Assembly (NCBI GenBank): GCA_012295275.1
Contig: CM022670.1
Location: 31,868,001-31,932,000 of the forward strand
Length of the DNA stretch: 64,000 nt
Source: Chrysomallon squamiferum
Taxonomy: Eukaryota > Animalia > Mollusca
Direction of reading: 5' to 3'
Below the pieces are notes generated by a model, which saw nothing but the letters and a program-made list of their open reading frames with translations, did no database searches and had not been told where the DNA came from. The position numbers were made by a program, and so were the translations under genes. Of this stretch, positions 1-15,084 are shown piece after piece. Numbering within the stretch: the stretch's first letter is position 1; each line of letters begins with the position of its first letter.

Positions 1-613
1 GGAAAACATTGATAATAAAAATAAATAAATAAAAATTAAATTAAATTAAATTAAAAATGAAAATAAATAATTTAAATAATTAAATAAAATAATAATAATA
101 AATAAACAAAATTTTATAAACAATAATAAATATATTTTTTTTTTTTTTATTGTGTGACAGATTATTTGCTATGGTTGTTTAGTATGGGCTGCTATTGGAG
201 AGAAAATCTAATCAGTGTTTATTGCCTGCCTGGGGCAAACAGGCCATTTTTAACAATCAGAAGTTGAAACCTCATCAATGCCAGGACAGCTTCTACCATT
301 CAGTGTGCGTATAAACATGTCAGTGGGTCATAAATAAATATTTTAAGAAAACCTGGCCTCACACTATCACATTCCTCAGTAATTATAATTATATAACATT
401 TTCCTGCAAAAATGTTGTCCAATATGGAAGTTTGAATTAGATTTTAAATCCTTACCTTCATAAAAAAAATTAATTCCAGTATATTGTTTTATAAAATTAA
501 AAAATTCATTCCATTGTCATTCTAGGTAATGTTAGTTAATGAATGAATATTTTAGTATCTACTTAATTTAAATTTTATTTTTTTATAAAATTTATGATGT
601 TCTTTTTTCCCTT

Positions 614-682
614 AAGGAAACCTGATGTTTGCACTCTTATCTTTAGCTGTCTTTTATATGCACAATTTCACTCAGAATAATC
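614..682 (-). mobile_element. Decayed SINE core fragment
   Basis: AGGAAACC...CTCTT...TTAG...TCTTTTATATGCAC resembles the reverse complement of the core of the copy at 18767-18866 (ATATAAAAGATCCC...AAGAG...GTTTC). Confidence 0.4.
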
Positions 683-1271
683 TGAAACTGCTTTTTGATA
701 AATGAACTCTTTTTAGAGTGGGAAATAGTCAATATGGGTAGTGAAAGGGCTTGATTCTATGATTAACTGTATCACAGCCTGTATTCTTAGCAAAGAAAGG
801 CAGATCTTTCTTAGGAATAGGTGGGGGTATTGGTCAGAATGGTATGCTAAATTATTATGTGACAGAAAGTATGTAATTACCACATACAAATGAAAATTTA
901 TGACAGAACAGGTGCAAATTGAGATAACAGCAACAAGCAACTGGTCAATTGTGGTAGCTATGTGGCAGGAAATGGTTAAGGAGTAAACAAAAGAAACCAG
1001 TGAGTACTTGAGAACTAAGACACATTCACTGTACAGGTTTGCTGTTTGTTTCCAATCTTTACAGTAAAGCCAACATCACAAGTTAACATGTAGGTTCAAT
1101 AAGATCACAAGTCTGCAGGTATGTTCAGTGTTTGTGTCTATTCAATCATGTAGGAACTCTGAATGACCCATGTTTAATTTACATGGAGTTCAGTGAAAAA
1201 CATTTACAAAATCTGCTGATTTCATATCATTCCTGAAATATAATATGTCTGTCTGAGTGTATGTGTGCACG

Positions 1272-1385
1272 ACAGAGAGAGAGTGATTCACATAACAGAG
1301 ACAGAGAGACAGAGAAAGAGAGATTCACACACACAGACAGAGAGACAGAGAGAGAGAGAGGGAGAGTGTGGCCTGTGTGTGTGTG
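1272..1385. repeat. Compound (GA)n/(GACA)/(CA)/(TG) simple repeat
   Basis: Read directly. It accounts for the ORFs at 1227-1418 and 1261-1470. Confidence 0.8.
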
Positions 1386-1666
1386 TTTTTTGTTTCTGAT
1401 GATACACATACTTAACATTTTGATTACCTTTAGTGACTGCTATAGTGATCATGAATTTATCTTCTCCTAAACCTATAGTGACTGTAATATGTAGAGTTTT
1501 GTAACAGAATCACCTGTGTGTCATATTTTCATCAGTACAATCCCATACCAGAGGATTATCAGCTTATCCAAAACTCAGACTTTAGATGATGTTACTGACT
1601 TTGATAGTGAATATGTTAAAGTTATTATTAAAATAAATACAGTTAAAACAAAGTAAATGTTCTTAC

Positions 1667-1725
1667 CACAAAGCTTGATGTTCTTCCTTTTCTCATCTAG
1701 CATTATATTCTCCATCTTTAGATCC
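1667..1725 (-). CDS. HUNK: Internal 59-nt coding exon of a Ser/Thr protein kinase (subdomains VIb-VII), CAMK-like group, probably HUNK-like
   Basis: The minus strand reads atttttctgtttcag|G GAT CTA AAG ATG GAG AAT ATA ATG CTA GAT GAG AAA AGG AAG AAC ATC AAG CTT TGT G|gtaaga = (R)DLKMENIMLDEKRKNIKLC(D). This is the HRDLKxEN catalytic loop through to the D of DFG. Acceptor and donor are canonical, with a phase-2 start and phase-1 end. The kinase call is strong. The HUNK-like assignment is from remembered similarity (HRDLKIENLLLDEDNNIKLIDFG and a similar short exon) and is less certain (~0.55). Confidence 0.9.
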
Positions 1726-2067
1726 CTGAAACAGAAAAATTGATATACATGAATAATTCAGAAGAACAAACAATGAACAAAAAGACATTTATGGTGATTA
1801 AAATCAAAATACATAGACACAATTACATGCATCAAAAGTTGTGCTATTATAAGCAGAATTTTCATAATATGTTTGTCAGCTGCCTTGGAGAAAAAAAAAA
1901 AAAAAAATGATAAATTAAGACAATTAAAGAACAGCAAATGAAAGAATGAATTATTTGTTGTAACAGTCCAGTGTATTTGAATATTAAGAGCTATCTAGTA
2001 TTAAACACACAGATTTCACATACCAGGGATAAAAGTTCAAAGGCAACTTAACAACTATTATTCTATG

Positions 2068-2220
2068 GATTAGAAACAAAGGTTTCTTTTTATATGCATC
2101 TTCTCACAGAAAGGAAAACAAACAACCAAAGTATCTGTCATGGTGGTCATTTGGAATAGCAAATGATACAAAAAAAGCGTACTTTGGGGATAGATCCTGT
2201 GTCCTTCAATACCTCAGATA
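2068..2220 (-). mobile_element. Decayed tRNA-derived SINE copy
   Basis: TTTTATATGCATCTTCTCACAGAAAGGA matches the reverse complement of the core TCCTGTCTATGGGA...ATATAAAAGA at 18767-18796. The downstream GGGGATAGATCC is B-box-like on the minus strand. Confidence 0.55.
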
Positions 2221-4054
2221 CTATTGAATTTTGGTTATTCTTTTAATGTAATAGATTTATTTTTTTCATTATCAAACTGAATTTTTATTATTCATTTGCC
2301 GAATATCAGTTTCTTTTTATTATTCAATATATTTAGAAAAATTAAGCCAATTGAAATCCTACCCCAACCCTACATTTTTTAACTAGTCATCAACACTGAC
2401 AGAAGCAACCTAAGGAAGTGGAAATACACTGCCATAAGCCAGCTGTCACAGACTTCCATTTAAGCCTTAATTCTTTTCAAACACAGAGGTATCCAATTGT
2501 CATTTTCCCACTTGGCTGGGTCTGTTGAACAGGATGAATATTTGTTTGTGGATTTTGAGATGACAAGGGGTCAGTTTTGGTCACACATTCAATCAGACAT
2601 TGGTGTAACTTCATACAGACTGAGATGAGAAGCATGAGCAATGAACCACAACACCACCCCTATTACAATGTTTCTCTTTTCACTCATACATGTCCCAGGG
2701 TCCTTAGCATTAACACACACCTCTCAGAATGACTTATCTGATGATCCTTGTTGCAATAAGATACAGATGAATGGCAAATAACTATTCACTTTGGTACAGT
2801 CCTATAACTTAACACACTATGGATCTAAGGTCTGTGTGTACCAGGTTCATAATCTTCCTATATCCCAAATGTCAGTGGTGACCAGGTACCAAAACACTAA
2901 TGTATTCATTTTGACTATTAATTTAAAGTATATCAAGTCAGAAACTGAATCCTGTTCTAGTAATACTATTGGGTTGTATTAATGGTTACTTACTAGAAAG
3001 TATTTTGAAAACTAAAATTAAAAATATATTAATATATCAAAATGAAACTATTCATAAATGAACCAACTATCCATTGAATTAGCAACAAAATAACTTGGTT
3101 GTTTTTTTGTCACATATATTATTAGTTCTAACCAATATCAAATTTTAAGCATGATTGACTGGTGTAATAATCAGCTTGACTTTCACTAACATTTTTGCTA
3201 GAAGGGTTGTAAAAAGAATAAATCTCATTACCCTGGCCTCACAGCTATTTAGCAGTGAATAATTTATAAAAAAAAAATTAATCTTAGACTTAGTATTACA
3301 ACAGAAGCAAGAATCAGCAGTATATAATATATCATATGAAATGTGTTATTTGAGAAGCAGCTGAGTATCTGGAGATTTGTTCTGTTTTTTATAAATAAAC
3401 TAATAGAAAAATATTCTTACTGTTAACTGCAGTTAATTTGTTTCAGCAATATATGAGCTAACAGAGTTTATATTTCAAAACTTTGACTATAATGGACAAA
3501 TACATGACAATAGGGTAAAAACAAAAGATCTACAAGTGAGAAATTCTGGCTATATTTTCTCACTACCATGTGGTTCATATTTGTAATTGTACATTACAAG
3601 ACTGCACTCATTTACTCCAGTTATCAGCTGGCAAATTTGACAAATTTCACTTTTTCAACTTTGTATACAAACAATATGTTGGTCACACAGGATTAATTTC
3701 TCTTTTCAGACAACATGGTGTCCAGTAACATGATTTATGTCACTGAGGCAATAATTAACACTAAGTACTGAAGTATTTGAAAACCCTGTAGATTTGTACC
3801 CTACTGCCCAAACCAAGAAATGAAATGTAAACCACAAAACAGAGAAAGAAGAACAAGGTAGAAAATAAAGAAATGATAGCTAGAAAGACTAAGAAAGATT
3901 TTACAGAAAAACAAAACAAAACAAAACTTTAAAAAAAGTAATTTTACTTTGTTCTGTTAACTTTCCTTCTAATTACATGATTGTTAAAATTAATGAAGAC
4001 ATGATTTCCATTTATTGGCTTAGAGCTTATCATAAAACCTCACACAAAGATTAT

Positions 4055-4098
4055 GTTTCATTCCAGACAACTCTCAAATACCATGGTATGTACTATCC
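4055..4098 (+). mobile_element. Short SINE fragment
   Basis: TTTCATTCCAG...CCATGGTATGTACTATCC. TTTCATTCCAG is shared with the minus strand of the 27480-27754 copy, and GGTATGTACTATCC is the start of the core as I recall it. Confidence 0.4.
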
Positions 4099-6413
4099 AA
4101 GCCAAGAAATCTAGTAACAAAAAGGGACCTTGTAATTTACCAGACATTTATAAACATCCACTATCAAATCTGCTGGTAACAAAACAATGATACAAAGAAA
4201 CAGATTTTATATTAAAAAACACAAAAAATCCCCTGTACATTATTATATCACTGTTATCATTTCCATAATTATCCATAACATCCACCTCTGTAAGCTTGTG
4301 TTTATCAGTGGTGTTTTTTCTAACAGACATATTTTTATAGACATATATTTATAGACATCTATATCAGTGAGTCATTACATCAAACCCTACATCTAAGAAA
4401 TATGTTGACAAGTGTGCAGTACATCTTTCAACACTGTGACATTAATATGAAAATAAAAGAACTGCAGGGATATTGTATCTGCTCTACTAAAGTTGAAAAA
4501 ATAGTGAAAACAATCTCAGACAATACTGATATTTACAAGATATTTTATCTACAATCTAAACGACTCAACACAGATGTGATCTTTACACTGAAATTCCACG
4601 TTGCCATAAAAGAGGTCGGATTTCTTCAACAGTTTAACAAAATGCTTCTTTCTGTGAGCAGTAATGTAAAGTGAATTTTTAAAATACAAATCACATTAGG
4701 TTATAAAATTAATTTACAGAGTTATCTCATTTGTGTTCTTATCACTTAATTAACCTTCTCATCCAACCTCTTAATTAACATAATGTTCCAGATTCTCTAT
4801 TTTTAATTAACTTAATGTCATGTTATTAAAAGATACTGAATTTATTTGTACAATATATTAAAAATATTAATTTAAATAATTAGACATATAAAAGAAACAA
4901 AGTTGTCTTAAAAGAAGACCCAGCTAAAACATAATTTCTCATATATATTTTTTTAATGTCCCTTCCTATGCATCTTTTAAAATTTTATTTTATCATTTTA
5001 TACAAATTATGTAACTTCTAAGCAGTTATTTGTTTTGGTTGCTGATCATCACATGAAAAGTGTAACCATCTAATGAAAACATCCTGTATTATTAAATCTT
5101 TGATCAAGGTGAACAATCAGACCAGCAATTCTCAGTATAAACATTTAGAGACCTACATAAGCACACAAAAGCAACACTGATGATATAAGCTCTAAACATA
5201 GACTAGATACTGACACAAATACCAGACTACAGTCTCGACAGGCAACATGAAAGAAATACCAGGGTAGGGGCAGAAGGGGAGAACTAAAAAGAGGGTGGGC
5301 CTTTTCAAAATTCAGTAATATGAGAATATTCACAAGAGAAGAATCTGTCAAGCAGTGTGATTAAAGAGTTGGATGATTTCTTCAGACAGAGGGCTTCACT
5401 TTGGCGAATGAAGGGGTTAACTTTCAGACAATTACACCAGTACTTTTTCATCTGCATCTAATAACACCAACTAGGAGGAGTTGAGGAGATTACATTATAA
5501 AAGAATATATTCTGTTCTTTACCTACATTGTTAGTTTTACCTATATTTGTGACTAAATAAACACAGAGATAAAAAAAATTCATCCACACCCAAACAACCT
5601 TGGAAAATATTATTCATGTTCACAGCAATAATATGTTTTTGTTATAAGTGTTCAGAATCAGGTATATTTATTTATTTATTAAAATCCAATTCATCAAAAA
5701 AGATCAAAATAAGATAAATTGAATTTCAAATATATAATCTTGGGTGTGTAATAGTTTTATCTTTCATGTCCATTCAGGACTTTTTCAAAAAAAATAAATC
5801 AAGAAATAAAAGAATAAATGAGAATCAAACCACAAGAAGACTTGAAAACATATTATCCTATATAGTTATCAATACAAAATGTACTGTGTTATTCAAAATG
5901 AAAAATGAAAAATACAAATGAAGAATATTCATGTCATAATTTATTTTCAGCAATAAAAAATTTTACTAAATGCAGATATAAAATAAATTTTAATGCATCT
6001 CCATATCTTTTCAAAAGCATTATTTTAAAGATATTGATGAAAAAACAAATAAAATGTAGCTGAAAAAACTGTTTAGATTTGATATAGGTGAAAAAAAACA
6101 TGTAAATAAGTAAAGTTTATATCAAGTTGGTGTATGATTATTTTTTGTGCAGTCATAAAAATCATAAAATGCAAAGCTGTGATGTTTGTGACATATTATT
6201 ATCTAGAAAAATAAACAGCTGCCACTAACTGTCATTAATCATTTAATGTCTATGGACTTGAAATGCAGCACTTTGTAAAAGCTGAAATTATAGCAAGTTA
6301 AAAAAACAATTATAACAAATAACTAAAAAAACATTATTAACTTATATTAATACTTTGTTGAAGACAAGTTGTTGGTTCAGTAACCGAGTTAATAATCCTA
6401 ATTTAAATATATA

Positions 6414-6637
<224 letters not shown>

Positions 6638-7540
6638 ATATGCTGCTTTGATTCTACAACTTTTATTAACTTTTCAGGTAACTAAAGCCAAATCTAAAAT
6701 TGCAGCCACAACCATTTATGATGAATAGTTTGTATATAAATAGGTTTATACACTTTATTTTAAAATGAATCCAAGTTTTTTATTTATATTCAAATAAAAA
6801 TGTTTTAATAAGAAACATTGATACCTTTAAGATATGTAATTTAAATGCAAAACAAATTAACTGATATTGAGACAGGCAAATTGTGACATGGATCAAATTA
6901 CTTTATAAGACTGAGTTACTGGTAAAATTAACATCTAATTTGTAATTATTTTTTTTTGTAATTATTAATTGTTTTTCTTAAATTACATCTACCAAGTACA
7001 ATTTCCTAATAATAATAAAATCAATCTGATATGCTATGTTGTTGCTGTTGTAATTATTTTAAAATCAGAATGAATTTGGTCTGAGCAGAAAATACTGAAT
7101 TATTTATTCACAGAACAATATTATATTGTTAACCACTACCAGTTATTGTGCAACTGTCTGACACAAATCAACTTCGCTGTTTTATGAAGGACTTGTAAAT
7201 ATTGAGACAGATTCCAGTTTATTTTTCAATCAGGTCACTGAAGTCTTTAGTCATTCCTTCCATTCTTAAAAAAACGAAAAAAAAAAAAAGGAAGATAATT
7301 ATTGTCATCAAATATTAATATTGGTCCCATTTGACTGCCATATTAAGTGTCTTTTCTTAAGGGCAAATTTTTTTATCAGTAAACACATATTCTTTTTTAT
7401 TAGTTTTATGTTTATGAGAAGGTCTATATAAAATATTTATTGCTATTAATCAATATTAGAAGCTGAAAACTTCATGGAAACAGGTTTCTTCTTTCACTTC
7501 ACTGCCATACAAAAGAAGCATATATATGTTGAGATGTGAT

Positions 7541-7584
7541 TATATATATATATATATTCATTCATTCATTCATTCATTCATTCA
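7541..7584. repeat. (TA)n(TTCA)n compound microsatellite
   Basis: Read directly. Confidence 0.9.
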
Positions 7585-10500
7585 TATCCCATCAGCCTGA
7601 CTAGGTCCAGTCCTTGGTCTTTATGTTTTGGCTTTAGGTCATTTGCAATACATAAGAATGGTCGCAGATTGAATGCTGAATAAATTTAATTTTGTAATAA
7701 TTTACAGAATAGTTTAAATAAGTGGCTTTCAAATCTATAATATATTTATTTAATATAATGCTTTAAAAATACAGATTTTTAAGTTCATGTCAATTTGAAA
7801 TCTTTTATTTGTTTAACATATAGTTCAAAATGATGTATTATGAGTAAATAAATTAATACTAACTTAGGTAATTAATGAAGATTTAACAATGAAGCAAGGA
7901 CAATCTGTGTTCAATTTTTAATGTTTCCGTCAACTACAAACCATTAATGTTGTATCTACTGGGAAAAGAAATGCTTGAACCTTACTTGATTACTTGGTAC
8001 AAAAGTTGAAAAATGAAAACAAATCTCAATTAGGCTACTAACACTGAAAGAGCGTGAATCAACATCTTATTCACTTTGTATAAAGTGCTTTCCTATTTGC
8101 TGTGTGTTTTTATTCAGTGTCACCTAGACTTTAAAACAACATGCACTAAAAGCATCAGTAATAAATGGAAGTCGCAGACAAATTTATGGCTTTGTTATCC
8201 TAGAACTGGCAGTGCTGGCACACAGTGTGGACAAGAGAAATATTACCAAGTTGCATGGACAGGCCCACTATGTCTGTTGAGAAATCAATATCTTTTTACA
8301 GGGAAAACACCATTGAAAACTAGCTTGTCTTGATGCACTGAAGATAATATCCCAAGCAACAATGCACACTGACTTTGAACATGAAGCCGATTCAAGAGAT
8401 TCTCTTTCACTTGAGCAAATGTATCCTCACACTTCATTAACTCTCCCTTTCTTTTTGGAACCAATACAAAGGACTTGTACCAATTACTTTAAGGTTGGCA
8501 CTGGCATCAATATGCTCTTTATTCTCTAATCAGGGAGATTTAGCACATATGGTAGAGAGTCTGTCTGGAGAGTGACAGGCTTCAAGATCAATACACTCAA
8601 GTAGGCTGCTCAGGCCAGAAAGCTGTGCCCAGGAGAGTTGTGCTTTAATCTCCATGGCACAGACATTAATTCATGGTTAAAATGTAGATTAGTCATTCTT
8701 TAAGGTTTTCCTCTAAACTTATGGATTTTTTTACTCTTTTTTTTAGCACAGAACTGTCATGTGATCACAGGGGTTTTTGATGCAAGTAACATATTTTAAA
8801 TTACAAATAAAGTAATTATATATTTTATTTTCAGTTTCACTTTTTTTAATATTAAGTACAAGATGATTCAAATTCTATTTTTTGTTAAATATATTAATTC
8901 TGTTACTGAATTTATGTAAATACATTTCAAAGATCCAGCATATGACCATCATATAAATTGTTCATAGTATTATTCTGCTCATGAAACATGGAATGATTAC
9001 ATATGTGACTCAACATTAAAGACTTGAATACAATCTCTAAGATTATAATTATAAAAATATTTTTAAATTTTGAACATAACAAGGAAACATCTTCATTTCA
9101 TTCACAGCCATTACCTTTTCATTCATATGTTTTCACTGTAAAGGAATTTTTTGAGCAAAATTAAATACTGGTTATAAAAACCTATAATTTGTTAAATATA
9201 TTTTGATAATGATAAATATATTTACACAGTTAATACACACTTGAATTAGCTATGTATTGAACTGGTTTAGAAAATCAGAAATTATTTCCTTCTGGCAAAA
9301 GGTTCTAAGTCATTTATGCTGATCTAATAGAGCTGGATTCTTTAATATGACAGCAACTCATTGAGGATGATGTTTGCAATGTGTCACAGAGTGCACATGG
9401 TTGATAATGTGTGTCTTTCACAGTCTGATTTCCATAAAGAAATTTGTCTCTAGTTTCAACAGAAGGTTGATGTGTTGTGAAGTAGTACAATATATGGATG
9501 CAATACTGAATGGGATTGACAGGAAAAAAGTTCCATCAGAGGTTCATTAATGAAGTCTAGACATCAGTCTTGTGGAAAGCGAGTCTTTATACTTCATGAA
9601 GGATAATCCTGGGTGCTGTTTTTAGTCAAGACAGCTCTGTGATAGCGATATCACATAGAAAGTTACATCATAAACCAGCTCTATCTGTTAATTTCCTGTT
9701 CTAACCAGAACTAAAGCCATTCATGTTTCAAAGACTGTGGGGATACAATTTAAATGTTCATATTAAGTATTAATATTTGTATCCTAATATATAGCTTTAG
9801 TTTAATCTTAAAGTAAAATAATATGTTATACTAGTGGTATATGCTGTGTTTTCTTTATAACAAAAAATATATATTTAAAAATCATTCTCCAGTTATTATA
9901 AGGTTAATTATTATTAGGAGAATTTCCATTATCATCACATCATCATCACTATCATTGTTAGTAGCAAAAAGCCTTCTTTCGTGGTATTTTACATATATTC
10001 AATACTGAAATGCAAATAAAATGACTTTTTTTAGGAAATCTTTTTTTTAAATTATCTTCATAGTGTTTGTAGTTAAATGGTCCAAATGCAAACAAAATCA
10101 CTATTAACATCTACACACAATTATCGCTTCACTTTGCACTCAGCTGGTAAAATATTTTATTGTTTATTTTTTTAAATTGCTGCACACAGGCATCAGTGTA
10201 ATTTATAAACTATCACAGTATATAAATATCAAAAAAGAAAAACTCAAAATGAATGAGTTTAAGATAAATAAAAAAAAAAAAAAAAAACACAAAAATAGAC
10301 AAGGAAAAGAAATGAAAAATAATAAATGCACACTGAATGATATTTTAATAATAATTTCTCAAATATTACACTGTACCACCTATGATGTGATACACAGTGC
10401 CTTTGACCGGCAGGTATTTAACAAACAAGTGGTTTTCCTGTCTGTCACTTAGTAATATACAACACCACACATCAAAGACACACCTTTGCTGTATTCTCTT

Positions 10501-11755
10501 ATATCACCATGAACTGGGAGAGTTAAAAAATACCACAAAAAATGTACTTATATATATTAAAAAATCCTTTTGAAGTTGAAATATGTGGACCAAAGTGTGT
10601 ATATGATGTTATAAGAATAGTGTCATTTCCTTTTTGTAGGATGAATTTTTCACATGATCATGTGTGACATTCTTTGATCTATCCCTGGCTTTAGTGTGAT
10701 TTATCTACTTGGTAATGTCCCCTGTATCAGGAATTACCAGTTTCCTATCATGTACAACCCTGGGCAATTAAATCATCAAATAAATAATCATAAGATAAAT
10801 ATGGAAAAGGGAAAACTTGCTCATTCTTTTCATTTTCTTATTAATTATATACTTACTACCGATATCCAAAAGAACAGAAGATCAACCATTGATACAGGTT
10901 ATTTATAGATGTTTGATCATCTGATACAAAGTCATGGCTATTTTATCTAACTTCTAATACAGTATCACTGGCTACTTAAGATTCACTCTTCCAGAATAAC
11001 ATTTATAGCTAACTACTTTATAACCCAATACTATAATTAAGGATCATTTTGGGGGCCATTTTATGAAGTGATCTTAAGAGCAAATCTATAAATTTCATGA
11101 CACAGTATCATAACAAGATATTTAGGGTAATTTATGTGAAATATCAATATACAGGATATTTAAGTGATTTTATTTTCCACTACAAAAATAATGTGCTATT
11201 ACATCACAGCAAAAAATTAGAATCTGTGGTAATAATCCTAATTTCAATTTGTGATACTAATCTAATAGTATATAATAGCCTTGACAGTCATGAAGGTTAA
11301 TTTCTCTAACACTCCTATTTTATTTTTCCTTGTTGTTTTGTTTTGTGGTTTTTTTACTGATTGTATATTACATGTCCTATCTTCTTGTTTTTATTTTGTT
11401 TAATTTTTACATGTGTCACTGGGTGTAAGATCACTCCAGAACCCACAAGGAAACAATTAACAGCTTAAGGCTAGCAGACAACACTTTGATAGATTATTAA
11501 GATTTATGCTGTAAGTAATGATAACACCAAAGTTACAGCCTGCAGTGTTCAAAGACAATTTTAATTGAAAGCCAAGACACTATAGCACTGCCAGTCACAA
11601 ATCTTCTTACCAGATGTAGTCTACTATTTTACTAGGCATGTCTTTTCTAAATAAACAGGAAGCACATTATATTATCTTTTTTCCAGGGTAAAAAGATGGC
11701 TTGGTTTTAAAAAAAAGTGCTGACTCTACAGAAAAATGTAATGTTGAAAAAAACA

Positions 11756-11758
<3 letters not shown>

Positions 11759-11797
<39 letters not shown>
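11759..11797. repeat. (AC)n microsatellite
   Basis: Read directly. Confidence 0.95.
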
Positions 11798-11798
<1 letters not shown>

Positions 11799-14162
11799 TT
11801 ATATGTACGTATGTACATATGTTCACATTCATGTCATGTGTATGCCTTAAGGAATATATATGTTTGAATATATAATTATATTGAATTTATTAATCAGCAT
11901 GACAAATATTTCAAAAACCTGCTTCTGTTAAAACCTGTAATAATAAAAGGCCATTTAATAACAAGCTACATGAAGCTGTTTGAACATGTACTATGTTCTA
12001 TAGCAGTGTGTTCAGTATTGTTCACTAAATACAATAAACATTCTGCACTGCTGTGCATTCATCTTTCAGAGTGGAATATTTACAAACAAACTGCAAGGAA
12101 AGTAATTACTTTAATGGATTGTTATCTGCTGGGGTTGGTGTGAATGGGATATCTTATCTGTTGTGGTGTAGAGTGAAAAAGATAAAACATTTAAAAAGAT
12201 AAAAATATGTCTGCAACTAGAAAAAAAAAAAGAAAAGATAAACTACAGCCATTGTTGTAAACATTCTAAATTGCCTCATTTGTCATTAACCTTTTACAAA
12301 CAGTCATAACTGTCCTAGCAAATAACCAAACCAAAGTTCATCTCTCAAAATGTGGAGAATGTTTTCCAGATTCTGAGATCAAGAAGCACACTGTGGTATG
12401 CAGGAAAAGCTGCCCACTGTGCTGGGACACGTTGTGGAAGTAGTGTTACATTTCAAGCCTTTATTGACAGTAGTTAATGCAGCTGCTTAAATGAAAAACA
12501 TCCCTGGGACTTCATTAATCAAACTGACAGGTCTCTTTCTAATCTTTCTCTCTCTCTCTTTTTACTACTTCACTGTCTGACTCTTTCTTATTCCACACTA
12601 TTTTTCATTAAACATTGATTGTATTTAAGTATTCTACTGTGTAAGGATGAGGATAATTTTTAACTATATAATATATAATATAATAATATAATAAATGCAC
12701 TGTGCCCTTTACATGGATCTTTTTTTGAATTTTATTTTTAAATTAAGATTGTTTAATAGTAATTATGCATTTCAGCATATTAGGTATTCAAATGTTCAGT
12801 TGTCTATGCATTTATCTATCTTTGTCAATGCTAATTGTATCACCCACATAACTGAAATAAATTTATATTAATATTTTTCAGATTTTGAGATTTAAACTAG
12901 CAAATTAAAGCCAACCTACAAACATTTTTTTTTTAATTGTTTTTTTATTTTGGTTATGAATGTGGCAATCATTACTAAATGTTTAGATTTAGAACTCATT
13001 AAAACATTTATTCAGAAGAAAGAATTAATTTCAATCAAAGATCCAGTGATATTAAATAATGAATTGAATTAACTCAATTTCCTTTTTAGAAATAATAAAG
13101 TGTTGTAACTTTAAAAAAAAAAGAAAAAAGGAAGATAATTTATATTTAACTTGGAAGTATGAATGAATGCCTAGATGACCTATTTCCTTTAGACAGAGAT
13201 GACTGAACACAATGCACTCTGATAATAAACTGAAAAGCTCTGAATAATGTATACTTTTATACTAATACAAATGTCAGCTTTGAATAATGGCATCAATATG
13301 GATATTTCAACTGCCTGCAATTTATTTTCTGGAACACAGCCATGCTGAAGAAAATTGGATCATTTCAATATCTGTTCCAGCAGCTTCCTTCTTTCTTTTT
13401 TTCACTATCAAATCAATACTACAGCCCTGCTAGGCAATATTTTAAATAAATTTATGAATGATCTTAAGAACTACGAACATTGTGGATTTTTTAATTTCTT
13501 TCAGATACTGTTCTGATAAAGTGATTGTATAAGAAACATTAATATCTTATATATTAAATAGTTCTTTTCATTTTGTTTATTTTTTTATAACAGTAATTCA
13601 GTGATGTATTAAAACATTTATTGTTCTCAGTATATTGTATTAGTTATTCCTTCATTTCAATTTTAAATTTAAACAATGAAACCAAAACCATAATTACAAG
13701 TATTGGAATTAAATTTGATAGAAATGGTAAATTAAAACAAATCTTGTGGTGAAATAAAACAAAATAAAAAATAATTTTAAAAATTTTGGTTTTCTTTTCC
13801 TTTTTTTTAATTACTTTTTTCACTAGCCACAAAATATGTTCAGGTCAATAATAAATGATAATTTATTGCCTTGAAGGCAATGTAATTTATATCTAAGCCA
13901 TCAGAAGCAAAGAAATGAAATGCAAGCAAAACTACTTATTATCACTACCAATGAGCATATGTCCATCTTGTTGTGACCATTAAATGACCTGCACATCCTT
14001 TTACAAACACTTCTGGCCAGCAAGTGACCCATGCATCCTTTCTCTGAAAAGGGACTTTTGTCACCTTGTTGAATAAGAAAAGAAGTAAATGATCCATTTC
14101 ACACTTTAACTAACCTAGCATTTCTATGTGAGCTGAGCCAGTTGGAGTTTTATTTATTCCTC

Positions 14163-14165
14163 TGT

Positions 14166-14208
<43 letters not shown>
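14163..14208. repeat. (TG)n microsatellite
   Basis: Read directly. Confidence 0.95.
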
Positions 14209-14210
<2 letters not shown>

Positions 14211-15084
14211 AATGTGAGTGTGTGTTATATAAAATATAATCAGTTTTTTTTCTCTATAAACATCACACTTGACACTAGAGATCATATCTAAAGTGTAACA
14301 ATGGACAGGAATGTGTGTTTAACAATACCCAGTACTTACATGTGCTTTTTCACAGATATATGAAATTAATGTAAATACTAAGTTGACCATTTTGTGACAC
14401 TGTGTTAACTGTTCATTGTAAATAACATGTTTTTAAGTCAATATGCAACCCTGAAGCTTTTGTTGTTGTTGTTTTAGCTTACTGGTAGTTCAAAGAGTCA
14501 GGGATTTATAATATTTTTATTATTGTTGTTTTTGAACAGGTTAAGTTGTTATTAATCATGCTTTTACTGAAACTTGTTAAATAAAAATCTATTAAAAAAT
14601 CCAAGTACAAACACTACAGAATTAAAAGTTACTGATTCAGCTATTACTGTTTCAAAATGTTTTTAACTTTTGATTCTGTACTTTAACATGTGCAATCAAA
14701 TCATTATAGTTGTTGGTTTTTTCAGGCCTCTTTGGAAAAAAGACTAAAAACTATTGTTGCTGATAGCTGGTCTTCTTAATGTCAACATTCATTGGTTAAA
14801 GAACTTTTCCAGTGTTCCAGTGACATAATCTGAAAGACATTTCTTTCATGTCATCTAAAATGATTCTAATTGGCATCATAACATTTCAGAAAATTACAAC
14901 AACTTAGACTGAATATTTTACATAATATTGTATGAATCAAAACCCCCACAGATATTCCCAAATATTTCATTCATCAGCCCAGTGTGGGTTGTCATCAGTG
15001 GGGCTATTCTGAAATATGCAATTAAAGTTAAATCAGCACATATACCATTTTGTATTAACAAACTGAAAACAGTCATATATTAAA

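Larger units (their letters stand above)
1..1666 (-). other. Phase-1 intron downstream of the kinase exon (continues past position 1)
   Basis: The donor GTAAGA is at 1666-1661. No acceptor followed by AY TTY GGN (rest of DFG) was seen between 1 and 1660. Confidence 0.7.
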
